Position numbers and translations under genes: made by a program
Notes under the pieces: generated by a model
The model's database searches: none
What the model was told of the DNA's origin: nothing
Seen by the model: the letters and a program-made list of their open reading frames with translations, nothing else
Shown: piece by piece, positions 19,357 through 31,490 of the stretch
Layout of the letters: each line of letters begins with the position of its first letter
Position numbering within the stretch: the first letter of the stretch is position 1
Sequence record: SRR20825010_3505
Strand: one strand, 5' to 3'
Length of the DNA: 52,058 bases

Positions 19357-22095
19357 ATGGCCAAATCGACCAGCAAAAGTTTGGTGATCGTCGAATCGCC
19401 CGCGAAAGCCCGGACGATCTCGAAGTTTTTGGGAAGCGGTTACCAGGTCGAAGCCAGCGTTGGACACGTTCGGGATTTGCCAGGCGGGGCCAAGGATATC
19501 CCCAAAAAGTTCAAGAAAGAACCTTGGGCGTACCTCGGAGTGAACGTCGAAAAAGACTTCGAGCCGGTTTACATCGTGCCGGCGGACAAGAAGAAACAAG
19601 TCGATAAATTGAAGGCCGCGCTCAAGGATGCAGATAGCCTGTATCTCGCGACGGATGAAGACCGCGAGGGAGAAGCGATCAGCTGGCACCTCTTTGAGTT
19701 GCTGAAACCGAAGGTGCCCGTTCACCGTTTGGTTTTCCACGAGATCACAAAGGAAGCGATCCAACACGCGTTGGAAGACCCTCGTGAAATTGACGATGGC
19801 TTGGTTCGTGCACAGGAAACCCGCCGGATCCTGGACCGTTTGTACGGTTACGACGTTTCGCAATTGCTGTGGAAAAAGGTTGGGCGTGGTCTATCGGCCG
19901 GACGCGTTCAGAGCGTCGCGGTTCGATTGATCGTTCAACGTGAACGTGAACGAATCGCCTTCCACGATGCGACCTATTGGGATCTGGAAGCGATCTTTAC
20001 GACCGACAACGGCGACTCGCTGCCCGCAATGTTGGCGACCGTCGATGGTCGAAAAATTCCCACCGGGAAAGATTTTGATTCGACCAACGGTCAGTTGATC
20101 AATTCCGAACTGTTGCAAATGGATGAGCAACAGGCCAAGGAATTGAAGCAGAAGCTCGAAAAGGAAAACTTCCGCGTCGCGAAGGTGGAAGTCAAACCGT
20201 TCACCGAACGCCCCAAAGCTCCCTTCACGACCAGTACGTTGCAGCAGGAAGCCAACCGGAAGCTCGGCTTCACCGCTCGTCGCTGCATGCAAGCGGCCCA
20301 GCGGTTGTACGAAAACGGTTACATCACCTACATGCGTACTGACTCGACCACGTTGTCGAAGGAAGCCATCAACGCAGCTCGGGATTTGGTACGCAGTGAG
20401 TACGGCGAGAAATTCTTGCACGACTCGGTTCGAGTCTACAAAGGCAAGGTCAAGAACGCGCAAGAGGCTCACGAAGCAATTCGACCCGCGGGTACTCCGT
20501 TCCGTGTTCCTGGTGCGGTTCAGAACGAATTGGACCGAGACCAATTCCGTTTGTTCGAACTGATTTGGAAGCGAACCGTTGCGTGCCAGATGGCCGATGC
20601 AAAAAAGCAACGCATCAGCGTCACGATCGAAGGCGGAGGCACCACGTTCACCGCCAGCGGCACGAGCATCTTGTTCGAAGGTTTCTTGCGAGCCTATGTC
20701 GAAGGCAGCGACGATCCCGAAGCCGAACTCGCGGACAAAGAGCGTTTGCTTCCAGCGGTCAATGAAAATGATGGTTTGTCGGTCGCGACTTTGGATCCCA
20801 AAAGCCACACCACTCAGCCACCATCGCGTTTCAGCGAAGCATCGCTAACGCGGACATTGGAAGAGAAAGGAATTGGTCGCCCCAGTACCTACGCATCGAT
20901 CATCGATACGATTCAGCGTCGTGACTACGTGTACAAGAAGGGCAACGCGCTCGTCCCCAGTTGGACGGCATTCAGTGTCATTCGTCTGATGGAGACCCAC
21001 TTTGAGCCATTGGTCGATTACGACTTCACGGCCCAGATGGAAGATTTCCTGGACACGATCAGCCGCCAAGAGGCTGAGTCCTTGCAATATCTCAAACGCT
21101 TCTATTTCGGTGACGAAACAGAACCGACCGGAGACGAGAAGGCTGCGATTGGTTTGAAACCTCGTCTGGAAAGCAAGATCGAAGAAATCGATCCACGCGT
21201 CACGGCGAAGTTCTCGTTGGGGATTCCAACCGAAGGCGAGAACCGAGAAGAGGTTTTTGTACGAGTCGGAAAGTATGGGCCGTTCTTGGAACAAGGCGAA
21301 CGCAAGGCTCCGATCCTCGAGGGGATGGCACCTGACGAGATGACTCTCGCCCGTGCGATGGAATTGTTCGAGGACGCCGCTCGCGAAGATGAGCCTTTGG
21401 GGGTTCACCCGGAAACAGGCAAACCGATTTACATCAAGGCCGGTCGTTTCGGTCCGTACGTCCAAATGGGTGAGAAGGACGACGAAGAAAAGAAGAACGC
21501 GTCGATCCTGAAAACCATTGCGGTCGAAGACGTCGATTTGGAAATGGCTTGCAAGCTGCTTTCGTTGCCGCGGGATCTCGGTGAGCATCCGGAAATGAAG
21601 GAGCCCATTTTGGCTCACGACGGACGCTATGGTCCGTACGTTAAGTGTGGCAAGGAGACTCGTTCCTTGCCGGCTGACAAGTCGCCTTTGGATGTGACGT
21701 TTGATGAGGCGATTGAGTTGCTCAAGCAACCCAAGACTCGTGGACGCGCCGCACCGAAGGAACCAATCAAGAAGTTCGAAAAGCCAAGCCCGGTCACCGA
21801 GAATGAGATCAAGATTTTGGAAGGACGCTTTGGTCCTTACGCGACTGACGGCGAAACCAACGCGTCGATCCCACGCGGCACCGATCCGAAAGAGATGACT
21901 TTCGAAAGCGTTCTCGACTTGTTGGCGGAACGTGCCGCGAAGGGGCCGACGAAGAAGAAAAAGAAGAAGAAGGCGGTCAAGAAAAAGACGGCTAAGAAGG
22001 CAGCCAAAAAGAAAACGGCGAAGAAGAAGGCCGCTAAAAAGAAAACTGCCAAAGCAGCCGCGAAGAAGAAAGGCATCATCAAGAAGTCGTCGTGA
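19357..22095 (+). CDS. topA: DNA topoisomerase I (type IA) with C-terminal GRFGPY repeats and Lys-rich tail
   Basis: LVIVESPAKA, LATDEDREGE, SAGRVQS, GYITYMRTDS, QEAHEAIRP, GIGRPSTY; start ATG 19357. Confidence 0.96.
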   Translation: MAKSTSKSLVIVESPAKARTISKFLGSGYQVEASVGHVRDLPGGAKDIPKKFKKEPWAYLGVNVEKDFEPVYIVPADKKKQVDKLKAALKDADSLYLATDEDREGEAISWHLFELLKPKVPVHRLVFHEITKEAIQHALEDPREIDDGLVRAQETRRILDRLYGYDVSQLLWKKVGRGLSAGRVQSVAVRLIVQRERERIAFHDATYWDLEAIFTTDNGDSLPAMLATVDGRKIPTGKDFDSTNGQLINSELLQMDEQQAKELKQKLEKENFRVAKVEVKPFTERPKAPFTTSTLQQEANRKLGFTARRCMQAAQRLYENGYITYMRTDSTTLSKEAINAARDLVRSEYGEKFLHDSVRVYKGKVKNAQEAHEAIRPAGTPFRVPGAVQNELDRDQFRLFELIWKRTVACQMADAKKQRISVTIEGGGTTFTASGTSILFEGFLRAYVEGSDDPEAELADKERLLPAVNENDGLSVATLDPKSHTTQPPSRFSEASLTRTLEEKGIGRPSTYASIIDTIQRRDYVYKKGNALVPSWTAFSVIRLMETHFEPLVDYDFTAQMEDFLDTISRQEAESLQYLKRFYFGDETEPTGDEKAAIGLKPRLESKIEEIDPRVTAKFSLGIPTEGENREEVFVRVGKYGPFLEQGERKAPILEGMAPDEMTLARAMELFEDAAREDEPLGVHPETGKPIYIKAGRFGPYVQMGEKDDEEKKNASILKTIAVEDVDLEMACKLLSLPRDLGEHPEMKEPILAHDGRYGPYVKCGKETRSLPADKSPLDVTFDEAIELLKQPKTRGRAAPKEPIKKFEKPSPVTENEIKILEGRFGPYATDGETNASIPRGTDPKEMTFESVLDLLAERAAKGPTKKKKKKKAVKKKTAKKAAKKKTAKKKAAKKKTAKAAAKKKGIIKKSS

Positions 22096-22463
22096 GATAC
22101 TCTGCCGAAGAGATCCAGTTGGCCCACGAACTGAAGGCGGCCGGGTTGCCTTGGCAACCCGAGCCGGGGCACTTTGTGTGGGACGGCGAGCCATTGATTG
22201 AGCACGATTCACCGTTTCACGATCGGGTTTTCTTCATCCTTGATCTGAAACACTTCTTGCGTCGCAGCGAATCGATGGATCACTTGATCGCGTCGATGGT
22301 CTGGTTGCCGACCTGGCAACAAGTTCGCGAATTATTGGCCGGGTTGAATGTCTCGGCCGATGTCATTCAGTCGCGATTGATTGAGTCCAAAGCGTTGGCA
22401 AACGGCAACGAACGTTTGGTGTTGTATCAAATGCTGATGGAAGCCTTGCCCGAGCGTTCTTGA
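22092..22463 (+). CDS. Hypothetical protein
   Basis: 123-aa ORF whose GTG start overlaps the topA stop (GTGA); protein-like composition. Confidence 0.65.
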   Translation: MRYSAEEIQLAHELKAAGLPWQPEPGHFVWDGEPLIEHDSPFHDRVFFILDLKHFLRRSESMDHLIASMVWLPTWQQVRELLAGLNVSADVIQSRLIESKALANGNERLVLYQMLMEALPERS

Positions 22464-23032
22464 TTCGCTGTCGAGACGCGGAGACGGAATGATTGAGAGC
22501 AAACCATCAGTCGTTCGGGCCTCAACGCTTTGGCCACCGTCAAATCAGGGAACGCGCGGCGGACTGCTGCTCACTTGCTTCGTCTAGATCGCTCCCGTTC
22601 AAAGATCTGAACTCGCCGAGTGGTTGTCATCGAGGGTCTCTACCGGTCACGCGTCGCGATCGCGAATCGGGTTTCACCGTGTTTCATGGTGGACCGAAGA
22701 ACCTGGCCTTGGGGCCAAATTGGATCGAATCGATGACGAGTTCTGGCCGATAAGAATGCCGCAGTGGCTTCACAATTCGCAACGTTGAGTTGAACCGGTC
22801 GCACAGCAGCGTTCGCCTCGCAACGCTCCCATGTGTCTGAAGAGGTATTTTCAGAAAAATCGTTGTGGACGCTAAAGTCGTTGAAGTTGGTCAAGTGAAT
22901 GGTCGATCATTGCCAATGGAATGATCTGCTGTAATCGGATTTTCCATCGAAATGTCCGTTTCACATACGTTTGAAACGGGCGGAGCCGGTTGCAATGGCC
23001 GGTCACGAATGCTCCTCATCGAAGTGTGAAAC

Positions 23033-24316
23033 ATGGACGCCACACGTCAGCCAAACGCAACTCGCAAGACTCGCCCAGCCAAGCGTGAACTCGTTTTCTC
23101 GTTGGTTGTGGGTGGTTGCCTCACGTTGACTTCAACCGGTTGCGCAACTCGTTCGATGTCCTTGGCATCAATGAATCCGTTCGCAAGCAAAAGCACGGCA
23201 ACAGTTAGCGAACCCAACAAAGGTCCCAGCTTCATCGCTTCGGCAGGTGACTCGGTGGGCAAAGCTGCCGGCGGCGTCGGCACCGCGACCAAGAACGCTT
23301 GGGGCAAGACCACCGGAACGGTCGCTGGTTGGTTCAACCGAGGTTCGTCCGATGTCAACAGCGATCCGCTCTCGTTGGAAAACGAACCCGGTCAGTTGGA
23401 ACCCGATGTCTTGGTTGCCAACGGACAACTTTGGGAATCAACCGGCAACTTGACCAAAGCCATGGAAAGCTATTCCAAGGCATTGGAAGATGCGCCAAAT
23501 CATGCCTCCGCGTTGACCAGTGTGGCTCGTCTTCACTTTCGCGAAGGCAATCACTCCAAAGCGGCTGAATTCTTTCAAAAAGCAATTGCACAAAATCCAA
23601 ACGACGCTGCCCTCTACAACGACTTGGGGCTGACGTTGGGCAAATTGGGGCAGCACCCCATGGCCGTGCAAACCTTGGCACGTGCGTTGGAACTGGCTCC
23701 CGGAACTTCGCGTTACGCCAACAATTTGGCGAGCGTGCACTTCGAATCGGGACAAAGCGAACAGGCCTTCAAGGTTTTGGCGGCCAACAACAAACCCGCT
23801 GTGGCTCACTTCAACATGGCGTTCTTGCACTACAAAAAAGGCCAGAACGCAGACGCCCAAATTCACCTGCAGCAAGCTGTCACGCATGAAGCAGCTGCGG
23901 CAGGCGATCCGGCTACCAAACGTGCCATTGACCGTTCTCGCGAAATGCTGGCTCAGTTGAACCCAGGTCTGGGGACTTCGCCGGCGGCCAACATCGCATC
24001 CGCGGCGACTCCTGGCAAAAACATTGGTGCGGCGGCGGGCCCAGTGGCCACGGTTGCATCGGCACCAGCTCACCTCGCGAACCAGACACCGCCCAGCTAC
24101 GCCGCTCCACCGAGCTACGCAATTCCCGGTGCGACCCAGCCAAGCGGACAGCAACCTGTTGTTCCTGGCAGCAACTCCGCGGTGAGCTACCAAGACTCGA
24201 GTGCCGCTGCACCGGCGGAATCGCCGAAGGCGGATGCACCGAAAGCCGAAGGAACCGCTCCAGCCACGGAATCGAAGGAATCAGCTCCACCGATCAATTT
24301 CAGTCTTCCCGAGTGA
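23033..24316 (+). CDS. TPR-repeat protein, probable lipoprotein
   Basis: Hydrophobic segment ending TSTG-C; several TPRs (e.g. ALYNDLGLTLG, AHFNMAFLHY); P/A-rich tail. Confidence 0.85.
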   Translation: MDATRQPNATRKTRPAKRELVFSLVVGGCLTLTSTGCATRSMSLASMNPFASKSTATVSEPNKGPSFIASAGDSVGKAAGGVGTATKNAWGKTTGTVAGWFNRGSSDVNSDPLSLENEPGQLEPDVLVANGQLWESTGNLTKAMESYSKALEDAPNHASALTSVARLHFREGNHSKAAEFFQKAIAQNPNDAALYNDLGLTLGKLGQHPMAVQTLARALELAPGTSRYANNLASVHFESGQSEQAFKVLAANNKPAVAHFNMAFLHYKKGQNADAQIHLQQAVTHEAAAAGDPATKRAIDRSREMLAQLNPGLGTSPAANIASAATPGKNIGAAAGPVATVASAPAHLANQTPPSYAAPPSYAIPGATQPSGQQPVVPGSNSAVSYQDSSAAAPAESPKADAPKAEGTAPATESKESAPPINFSLPE

Positions 24317-24513
24317 ATCGGCCTGACTGAATCGGAGCGTTCTCGCGAGAGGAAAGAATCAGCCGCCGGATCGCCGCGGCTTGCATTCGCCAACGCCGCC
24401 GGCCCGTTTTCGGCCCTCGAAGTTCGTCACGCGTCCGTTTTTGTCGTCTTTCGGCATTTCTGGGCCACTGTTCCGCTACCCAGCTTCGATCGCCCCTGGT
24501 ATGACCTGCGGGC

Positions 24514-25209
24514 ATGATTGACGCAGAATTCAAAACGGCATTGGAACAATTCGGACTCGAGCTCGATGAGCCCTTGGGCATGTCGCTGCAGCAATACGCG
24601 CAGTCGCTGTGGCGGTACAACGAGCAGATCAACCTCACCCGGCACACGACGTGGGATTTGTTCGTCACGCGTGATCTACGCGATTGCTTGCAATTGGCTC
24701 AGTTGATCCAGCCTGGCGAAGAAGTCCTGGATATGGGCAGCGGAAATGGCGTGCCCGGTATTCCACTGGCCATGTTGCGGCCCGATATCGACGTCGCTTT
24801 GGCGGAATCGGTCGGCAAACGAGCCAAGGTGCTGGACGAATTGGTGACCGAACTGAATCTTCCCGTCCCGGTCTATGCGGCTCGCGGGGAAGATTTGCTG
24901 GAAGATTTTCGCTTCACCACGATCGTCAGCCGAGCCGTTGGCAGCCTTCTAAAGTTCTGTCGCTGGGTCGAGCCTCACTGGAGCCAGTTTGATCGATTGT
25001 TGCTGATCAAAGGTCCCAAGTGGGTCGATGAACGGGGTGAAGCCCGTCATCACGGAGTGCTCAAAGGTCTTGAACTCCGCGTTGTTGCGACCTACCCGTT
25101 GGGGAGTGTCGCCCCCGAATTGGCGGAAGCCGAAGAGGGAGACTCGCCCGAGGCCGCCGACGCCAGCCGAGGCGTGATCTTGGAGCTGACGAAGAAAAAC
25201 AAGGGCTGA
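24514..25209 (+). CDS. rsmG: 16S rRNA m7G527 methyltransferase
   Basis: N..INLT, LDMGSGNGVPGIPLA, ESVGKR, VSRAV, IKG motifs. Confidence 0.92.
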   Translation: MIDAEFKTALEQFGLELDEPLGMSLQQYAQSLWRYNEQINLTRHTTWDLFVTRDLRDCLQLAQLIQPGEEVLDMGSGNGVPGIPLAMLRPDIDVALAESVGKRAKVLDELVTELNLPVPVYAARGEDLLEDFRFTTIVSRAVGSLLKFCRWVEPHWSQFDRLLLIKGPKWVDERGEARHHGVLKGLELRVVATYPLGSVAPELAEAEEGDSPEAADASRGVILELTKKNKG

Positions 25210-25314
25210 GTTCGCTGGATCGAGTTCCGACTGGATCGATTCCGCACCCCGTTTATACTGCTGCGCTCGATGACGCGGCGAACCCGAATCGTTTTCACCT
25301 AATTTCGAATATCT

Positions 25315-26226
25315 ATGTCCGATTACAGCCTCACTCACCTGAAACAGCTCGAGGCCGAGAGCATCCATATTTTCCGAGAAGTGGTCTCGGAATTCCAAAA
25401 ACCGGTGATGCTGTATTCGATCGGCAAAGATTCCGCGGTGCTGCTTCACTTGGCTCTGAAGGCGTTTTACCCCGCTAAGTTGCCCTTCCCGCTGCTGCAC
25501 GTCGACACGACGTACAAGTTCAAGGACATGATCGAGCACCGCGAAAATTATGTTCGTGGGAAGTTGGGGCTGGATGTGTTGGTCCACATCAACGAGGAAG
25601 GCCTGAAAGCTAATATTCCCCCGTGGGAAGACAGCGAGCGACACACCGAGTTGATGAAGACGGACGCTCTAAAAGCGGCTCTGGATAAATACCAGTTCGA
25701 CGCCGCGTTTGGTGGGGCTCGCCGTGACGAAGAGAAGAGTCGAGCGAAGGAACGTGTTTTCAGCTTCCGTGACAAGTCACACCGCTGGGACCCCAAGAAC
25801 CAACGCCCCGAACTTTGGAATCTCTACAACGGACGCGTCAACAAAGGCGAGTCCATTCGCGTCTTCCCGATGAGCAACTGGACCGAGTTGGATGTGTGGC
25901 AGTACATCCATATGGAAAACATTCCGATCGTCCCGTTGTATCTGTCGGCGCCTCGCCAAGTCGTCAATCGTGACGGATTGTTGCTGATGCGAGATGACGA
26001 TCGCATGCCATTGTTGCCAGGCGAAAAGGAAGAAACCCGCATGGTGCGTTTCCGAACGCTGGGTTGCTATCCGCTCTCCGGGGCCGTCGAAAGTGAGGCG
26101 ACAACGTTGCCCGAAGTCATCCAAGAGATGCTGCTGACCCGAACCAGCGAACGCCAAGGTCGAATCATCGACCAAGACGAAGGCGGCGTCGGCATGCAAA
26201 AGAAAAAAGAACGCGGCTACTTCTAG
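25315..26226 (+). CDS. cysD: Sulfate adenylyltransferase subunit 2
   Basis: [48 protein letters not shown]. Confidence 0.97.
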   Translation: MSDYSLTHLKQLEAESIHIFREVVSEFQKPVMLYSIGKDSAVLLHLALKAFYPAKLPFPLLHVDTTYKFKDMIEHRENYVRGKLGLDVLVHINEEGLKANIPPWEDSERHTELMKTDALKAALDKYQFDAAFGGARRDEEKSRAKERVFSFRDKSHRWDPKNQRPELWNLYNGRVNKGESIRVFPMSNWTELDVWQYIHMENIPIVPLYLSAPRQVVNRDGLLLMRDDDRMPLLPGEKEETRMVRFRTLGCYPLSGAVESEATTLPEVIQEMLLTRTSERQGRIIDQDEGGVGMQKKKERGYF

Positions 26227-26239
26227 GAAGGTTGAAAGG

Positions 26240-26366
26240 GACACAGAGGCACAGAACCACAGGTCTGTGCTGCTGCCACTTGCTCCTGAATCACTTCGAT
26301 TTGCTTTCCGATGCACCCGTCCATTTGCCAACCTGTGGCCCTGCGACACTGAGATACTGAGACACT
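26240..26366. repeat. Degenerate 8-nt tandem repeats in inverted arrangement (cysD-cysNC spacer)
   Basis: GACACAGA GGCACAGA ACCACAGG ... CCTGTGGC CCTGCGAC ACTGAGAT ACTGAGAC. Confidence 0.55.
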
Positions 26367-26369
26367 TCC

Positions 26370-28313
26370 ATGAGCCATCAATCTGATCTGATCGCTACCG
26401 ACATCGATGCTTATCTGAAGCAGCATGAGCAAAAGCAATTGCTGCGTTTCATCACCTGCGGCAGCGTGGACGATGGCAAAAGCACGTTGATTGGCCGTCT
26501 GCTTTATGATTCCAAGTTGGTCTACGAAGACGAACTGGCAAAAGTCCAAAGTGACTCGGTTCGCCAAGGCAGCGTGGCGGGTGGATTCGACCCGTCGTTG
26601 TTCATGGACGGATTGAAAGAAGAACGTGAACAAGGCATCACGATCGATGTTGCGTACCGCTACTTCAGCACCGCGAAACGCAAATTCATCATCGCGGACA
26701 CGCCTGGTCACGAACAATACACTCGCAACATGGCGACCGGTGCCAGTAGCGCTGACCTGGCGATCATCTTGATCGATGCCCGGCATGGTGTTCTGACTCA
26801 AACCCGTCGTCACTCGTTCATCGTGTCTTTGTTGGGTATTCGCCATGTGGTCGTGGCAGTCAACAAAATGGACATCGACGGTGTCGACTATAGCGAAGAT
26901 CGCTTCAACGAAATCTGCGACGATTATCGCAGTTTCGCGACACGTTTGGATTTGCCCGATCTACATTTCATTCCAATCAGTGCGCTCAACGGCGACAACT
27001 TGGTTGACCGTAGCGAGAACATGCCGTGGTACACCGGCAGCACGCTGATGAACTTCCTTGAAACGGTCTACATCGGTTCGGACCGCAACCTGCAAGACTT
27101 CCGATTGCCGGTTCAATTGGTCAATCGTCCCAATCTTAACTTCCGCGGTTTCTGTGGAACGATCGCGTCGGGAATCATTCGCAAAGGCGAAGAGATCACG
27201 GTTCTGCCAAGCCGTCAAAAGTCCAAGGTCAAAGAGATCGTCACCTACGACGGCAACTTGGATGAAGCCTACGCACCGCTGGCAGTCACGCTGACGTTGG
27301 AAGATGAAATCGACGCCAGTCGCGGCGACATGATCGTCCGCAGTGGCAACCTACCGCGAAGTGAGTCCGACGTCGAAGCGATGTTGGTTTGGATGAACGA
27401 AGAAGCGATGGTTCCGGGCAAGACTTACCTGGTCAAACACACCACGCAAACGGTTCCCGGGAATGTCGAGACGTTGGCTTACAAAGTTGACGTGAACGAT
27501 CTGCATCGCATGCCAGCACCGACGTTGGAACTGAATGAAATCGGACGGGTTCGATTGTCGTTGTCCGCACCAATCCACCACGACCCGTATCGTCGCAACC
27601 GAACGACGGGAGCGATCATTTTGGTCGACCGCATCACCAATGCGACGGTCGCTGCGGGCATGATTTTGGATCGCGGGACGACCGGAAGTCACAAATCCGT
27701 TTGGGACGATGAAGCGTCTTCGGATGACTCGTCGGATGCACTTTCAACGGTCACGGAAGAAGAACGTTCAGCTCGCTTCGGACAGAAACCTGCGACGGTG
27801 CTGCTGACCGGTTTGACTGGCAGCGGCAAGACTTCGATCGCTCGGGCGGTTGAACGCAAATTGTTCGACGCGGGGCGATCGGTTGCCGTGGTCGATGGCG
27901 AATTTGTTCGTCGCGGACTAAGCCGAGACTTGGGCTTCAGCGCGGACGATCGCAGCGAGAACTTGCGTCGTAGCGGTCACTTGGCTCACACCCTGAACGA
28001 CGCGGGGCTGATCTGCTTGGCGTCTTTGGTGGCACCGTCTGATGATGTGCGTCAAAAAGTCGGCAAGTTGATCGGTGAAGATCAGTTCTTGGTCGTGCAC
28101 GTGGCAACTCCTTTGGACGTTTGCCGCGAGCGTGACACAAAGGGACAATATGGCAAGGCAGATGCGGGTGAGTTGTCCAACTTCCCTGGCGTGACTGCGA
28201 AATACGACGTTCCGACCAATCCAGATTTGGCCGTCGATGCCTCCACCACTTCCATCGCCGAATGTGCGGATGCGGTGGTGGAACTTCTGAAATCAAAAGG
28301 GTTCATCAAATGA
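26370..28313 (+). CDS. cysNC: Bifunctional sulfate adenylyltransferase subunit 1 / adenylylsulfate kinase
   Basis: [29 protein letters not shown]-terminal APS kinase with GLTGSGKT and RSENLRR. Confidence 0.95.
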   Translation: MSHQSDLIATDIDAYLKQHEQKQLLRFITCGSVDDGKSTLIGRLLYDSKLVYEDELAKVQSDSVRQGSVAGGFDPSLFMDGLKEEREQGITIDVAYRYFSTAKRKFIIADTPGHEQYTRNMATGASSADLAIILIDARHGVLTQTRRHSFIVSLLGIRHVVVAVNKMDIDGVDYSEDRFNEICDDYRSFATRLDLPDLHFIPISALNGDNLVDRSENMPWYTGSTLMNFLETVYIGSDRNLQDFRLPVQLVNRPNLNFRGFCGTIASGIIRKGEEITVLPSRQKSKVKEIVTYDGNLDEAYAPLAVTLTLEDEIDASRGDMIVRSGNLPRSESDVEAMLVWMNEEAMVPGKTYLVKHTTQTVPGNVETLAYKVDVNDLHRMPAPTLELNEIGRVRLSLSAPIHHDPYRRNRTTGAIILVDRITNATVAAGMILDRGTTGSHKSVWDDEASSDDSSDALSTVTEEERSARFGQKPATVLLTGLTGSGKTSIARAVERKLFDAGRSVAVVDGEFVRRGLSRDLGFSADDRSENLRRSGHLAHTLNDAGLICLASLVAPSDDVRQKVGKLIGEDQFLVVHVATPLDVCRERDTKGQYGKADAGELSNFPGVTAKYDVPTNPDLAVDASTTSIAECADAVVELLKSKGFIK

Positions 28314-30502
28314 GATGGTGTGTTGTTCCGGCAAGCTTCCTTGCCGTGATCGTGTTGGTCCAACCTTCCTATTCACAAGAATCTTCCGTGAACAGCTCGC
28401 AATCTCTTCTGTCCTCCTCACCGCTTCTGAAACCCTGGTTGGGACCGCATGGTGGAGTGCCGCCATGGAATGAAGTTCGCGTTGATGAATTTGATGCCGC
28501 CTTCGACGCTGCGATTGAGCAGGCTGAAAAGGAGATCAACCAAATCGCCAATCAGTCCGCACCGCCCACGTTCGAGAACACCATTCTCGCGATGGAAACG
28601 GTCGGCGAAGCCCTGCACCGGGTCGAGGTATTGTTCGATGTTCATGCTAGTAACCTGAACCTCGGGCCGATCCCGGATTTGGAACGCAGCATCACGCCGA
28701 AGTTGGCGGCCTATTCTGACTCAGTCACCCAAAACGCAGCGTTGTTCGCTCGGATCGAAGCGATTCGCGATGATGTTTTCGAGAAGAAGACGGTCACTCT
28801 GGATGACGATGCAAAACGTCTGCTTGATGAGACGTTCAAAAGCTTTGTTCGCCGAGGGGCTCGGTTGAGTCCTGAGGACAAATCAAAACTGTCGCAGATC
28901 AACACCCGATTGGCTCGGTTGTTCACAGACTTCAACCAGAACGTTCTCGAAGAAGAAAAGGGACACGTCACTTGGATTGATGATGAATCGCGATTGTCCG
29001 GCGTGCCCCAATCGACTCGCGACGCAATGGCGGTCGCGGCTGAAGAAAAGGGTGGCAAGGCCAAGTGGGCCGTCACCAACACGCGTTCGTCCATGGACCC
29101 GTTCTTGACCAATGCCGACGATCGTGAGCTTCGGGAAGAGGTTTGGCGAAACTATTACTTCCGCAGTGACAACAACGATCAATACGACAACAAAGGCATC
29201 ATTCGAGAAATCCTGAACCTGCGAGCGGCGAGAGCCAAGTTGCTCGGGTATCCAACCCACGCCCATTGGCGCATGGAATCCACGATGGCGGGCACCCCCG
29301 ACCGTGCAATGGATTTGATGATGAAAGTCTGGCCTCACGCGGTTCAGCGTGTCGCGACGGAAGTGGCGGACATGCAAGCGATTGCTGACGCCGAGATGGA
29401 AGCGGCTGGCAAACCGAAGATCAAAATCGAACCGTGGGATTATCGCTACTACGCCGAGAAAGTCCGGGCGAAAAAATACGACTTGGACATGGCGGAAGTG
29501 CGTCCCTATTTGCAGCTCGATCGTTTGGTCGAAGCGATGATGTGGTGCGCGGAAGAGCTGTTCGGGTTCCAGTTTCGCCCCATCGGCAACTTGCCTGTCT
29601 TCCATCCCGATGTCACCGTTTACGAAGTGGTGCAGAAGTCCGACGGAAGCCACGTGGGACTGTTTTATCTCGACCCGTTCGCTCGCGAAGGCAAACGCAG
29701 CGGCGCATGGATGATGGATTACCGAGGCCAATCGGGATGGGATCTTGATCCCGCCTCCGCGGACGTTCCTGTGCGAACACCCATCGTTTCAAACAACAGC
29801 AACTTTGTTCCCGCTGCGGACGGCAAGCCGGTTTTGATTTCTTGGGACGATGCGACCACACTGTTCCACGAATTTGGGCATGCTCTGCATGGGCTTTCTA
29901 GTCGCGTGCATTACCCATCGCAGTCCGGCACCAACGTGGCTCGTGACTTCGTTGAGTTCCCGTCGCAGGTGCTGGAGCATTGGTTGTCGACTCCTGAAGT
30001 GTTGACTCGCTACGCGACGCACTACGAGACGGGCGAGCCCATGCCGAAGGAATTGCTCGACAAGATCGAAGCCTCTTCAAAGTTCAACAGCGGTTTCGAA
30101 ACCGTCGAGTATCTCGCTTGTGCGATCTTGGACATGAAACTGCATCAGTTGCAGGCTGGCGACATCGATATCAGCGAGTTTGAAAAGTCGGCACTGGCGG
30201 GGATCGGCATGCCCGACGAATTGCCGATGCGTCACCGTCTGCCTCACTTCAGCCATCTGTTCAGTAGCGACGCTTATTCGGCCGGCTACTACAGCTACCT
30301 ATGGAGCGACGCGCTAACGGCGGACGCGGCGGAGATGTTTGTTGACGCCGGAAGCTTCTTTGACGAGGAAACCGCCGCGAAGTTGTTCGATCACATTCTC
30401 AGCGTCGGCGACACGATTGATCCCGTCGAAACCTACCGCAATTTCCGCGGTCGAGATGTCGATACAGAAGCCTTGCTCCGCAAACGCGGTTTCGCGGAAT
30501 GA
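28310..30502 (+). CDS. dcp: M3 family metallopeptidase (peptidyl-dipeptidase Dcp-like), exported
   Basis: [40 protein letters not shown] 28310 overlaps the cysNC stop; signal peptide. Confidence 0.92.
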   Translation: MRWCVVPASFLAVIVLVQPSYSQESSVNSSQSLLSSSPLLKPWLGPHGGVPPWNEVRVDEFDAAFDAAIEQAEKEINQIANQSAPPTFENTILAMETVGEALHRVEVLFDVHASNLNLGPIPDLERSITPKLAAYSDSVTQNAALFARIEAIRDDVFEKKTVTLDDDAKRLLDETFKSFVRRGARLSPEDKSKLSQINTRLARLFTDFNQNVLEEEKGHVTWIDDESRLSGVPQSTRDAMAVAAEEKGGKAKWAVTNTRSSMDPFLTNADDRELREEVWRNYYFRSDNNDQYDNKGIIREILNLRAARAKLLGYPTHAHWRMESTMAGTPDRAMDLMMKVWPHAVQRVATEVADMQAIADAEMEAAGKPKIKIEPWDYRYYAEKVRAKKYDLDMAEVRPYLQLDRLVEAMMWCAEELFGFQFRPIGNLPVFHPDVTVYEVVQKSDGSHVGLFYLDPFAREGKRSGAWMMDYRGQSGWDLDPASADVPVRTPIVSNNSNFVPAADGKPVLISWDDATTLFHEFGHALHGLSSRVHYPSQSGTNVARDFVEFPSQVLEHWLSTPEVLTRYATHYETGEPMPKELLDKIEASSKFNSGFETVEYLACAILDMKLHQLQAGDIDISEFEKSALAGIGMPDELPMRHRLPHFSHLFSSDAYSAGYYSYLWSDALTADAAEMFVDAGSFFDEETAAKLFDHILSVGDTIDPVETYRNFRGRDVDTEALLRKRGFAE

Positions 30503-30818
30503 TCCGAATCATGATCGCCGTCGGAATGGCGATTTTCCTTCAGCGTGCAATAGCAATTCTCTTTCGTGCGATCTGAACGAAGCGGCTTGTGTTATATGCC
30601 GTCCTGGCGTGTAAATTGATAAGATGATTTAGGATCGATGCCCTGCCTGATCCAATCGACTGGAATGTGCTTGCAACGGATTGGAAGAACATGTGGACGG
30701 ATAGTCATGACATGCAAGCGAAGGAGGGGATGCGTTGTCTGAAAATGAAATGACGGCCATTCCCGTCGACTGATGCCGGCCAGTTGTCCACGAAGCGAAA
30801 CTCCGTCTCGGGTAGCAC

Positions 30819-31286
30819 ATGAGGTTAAGCATGAGTCTCTCAATCCGTGAACTTTTGATGCTACCCACATTGGTTGGACTTGCCCTTGCCGGTGTGATGT
30901 TTGGTCCACCTATATCATGGGTTGCTTTGATCATGGTGATCATGCTTTTGAACGCAATCGCCATTGATGCGTTTGTTGCGTCGCCTCGGCGACGCTCGTT
31001 TGCAATTGGCTTTTTACTGCCGTCTCTTGTCTACCTCGGAACCACGATCACCGTCGGCAGTACGGAATATGCCGCTCGGGGTGGAATCCTGCCTACCACA
31101 GAGCTTTTGCAGTACATGCTCAGGCCTGCATATGTATTTGGCATCTCTCCGGAGTCGGATTCTGCACTACGGCAAGCGAATGCTCTGTCAGTCATGCCGT
31201 TGGGGCAATTGTTTTTCGCGTGCGTCTTCGGGTACTTGGGTGGGTGGTACGCGAGGTTGGCTTCGCGTTCTAGTGATGCCAAATAG
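30819..31286 (+). CDS. Hypothetical membrane protein
   Basis: Planctomycete-type N-terminus (LSIRELL) and about four hydrophobic segments. Confidence 0.65.
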   Translation: MRLSMSLSIRELLMLPTLVGLALAGVMFGPPISWVALIMVIMLLNAIAIDAFVASPRRRSFAIGFLLPSLVYLGTTITVGSTEYAARGGILPTTELLQYMLRPAYVFGISPESDSALRQANALSVMPLGQLFFACVFGYLGGWYARLASRSSDAK

Positions 31287-31490
31287 CGTGCATGTTCGGA
31301 GCGTTGTTCCCTGGACCGCACATCCCGTCGGTTTGGCACCTTAGAATTATGGGTACGGTGGCCTTCGTCGATTCAATGGGAGCACACCGCAACGCATGTG
31401 CGACGAACGGTGGTTGCGGCGGCTTTCTTTTTCAATCAAGTCGGCTTTCACCTTCAAGGAAAACTGGCCATTGTCTAGTCGGGGTTGTCG

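Noticed and set aside
20845-22212. 455-aa minus-strand ORF
   Set aside because: Antisense to topA; the Leu/Phe runs mirror the Lys-rich tail.
22464-23032. Long intergenic region as ncRNA or small gene
   Set aside because: No recognisable RNA family motif, and the short ORFs lack coding character; it probably holds the TPR gene promoter.
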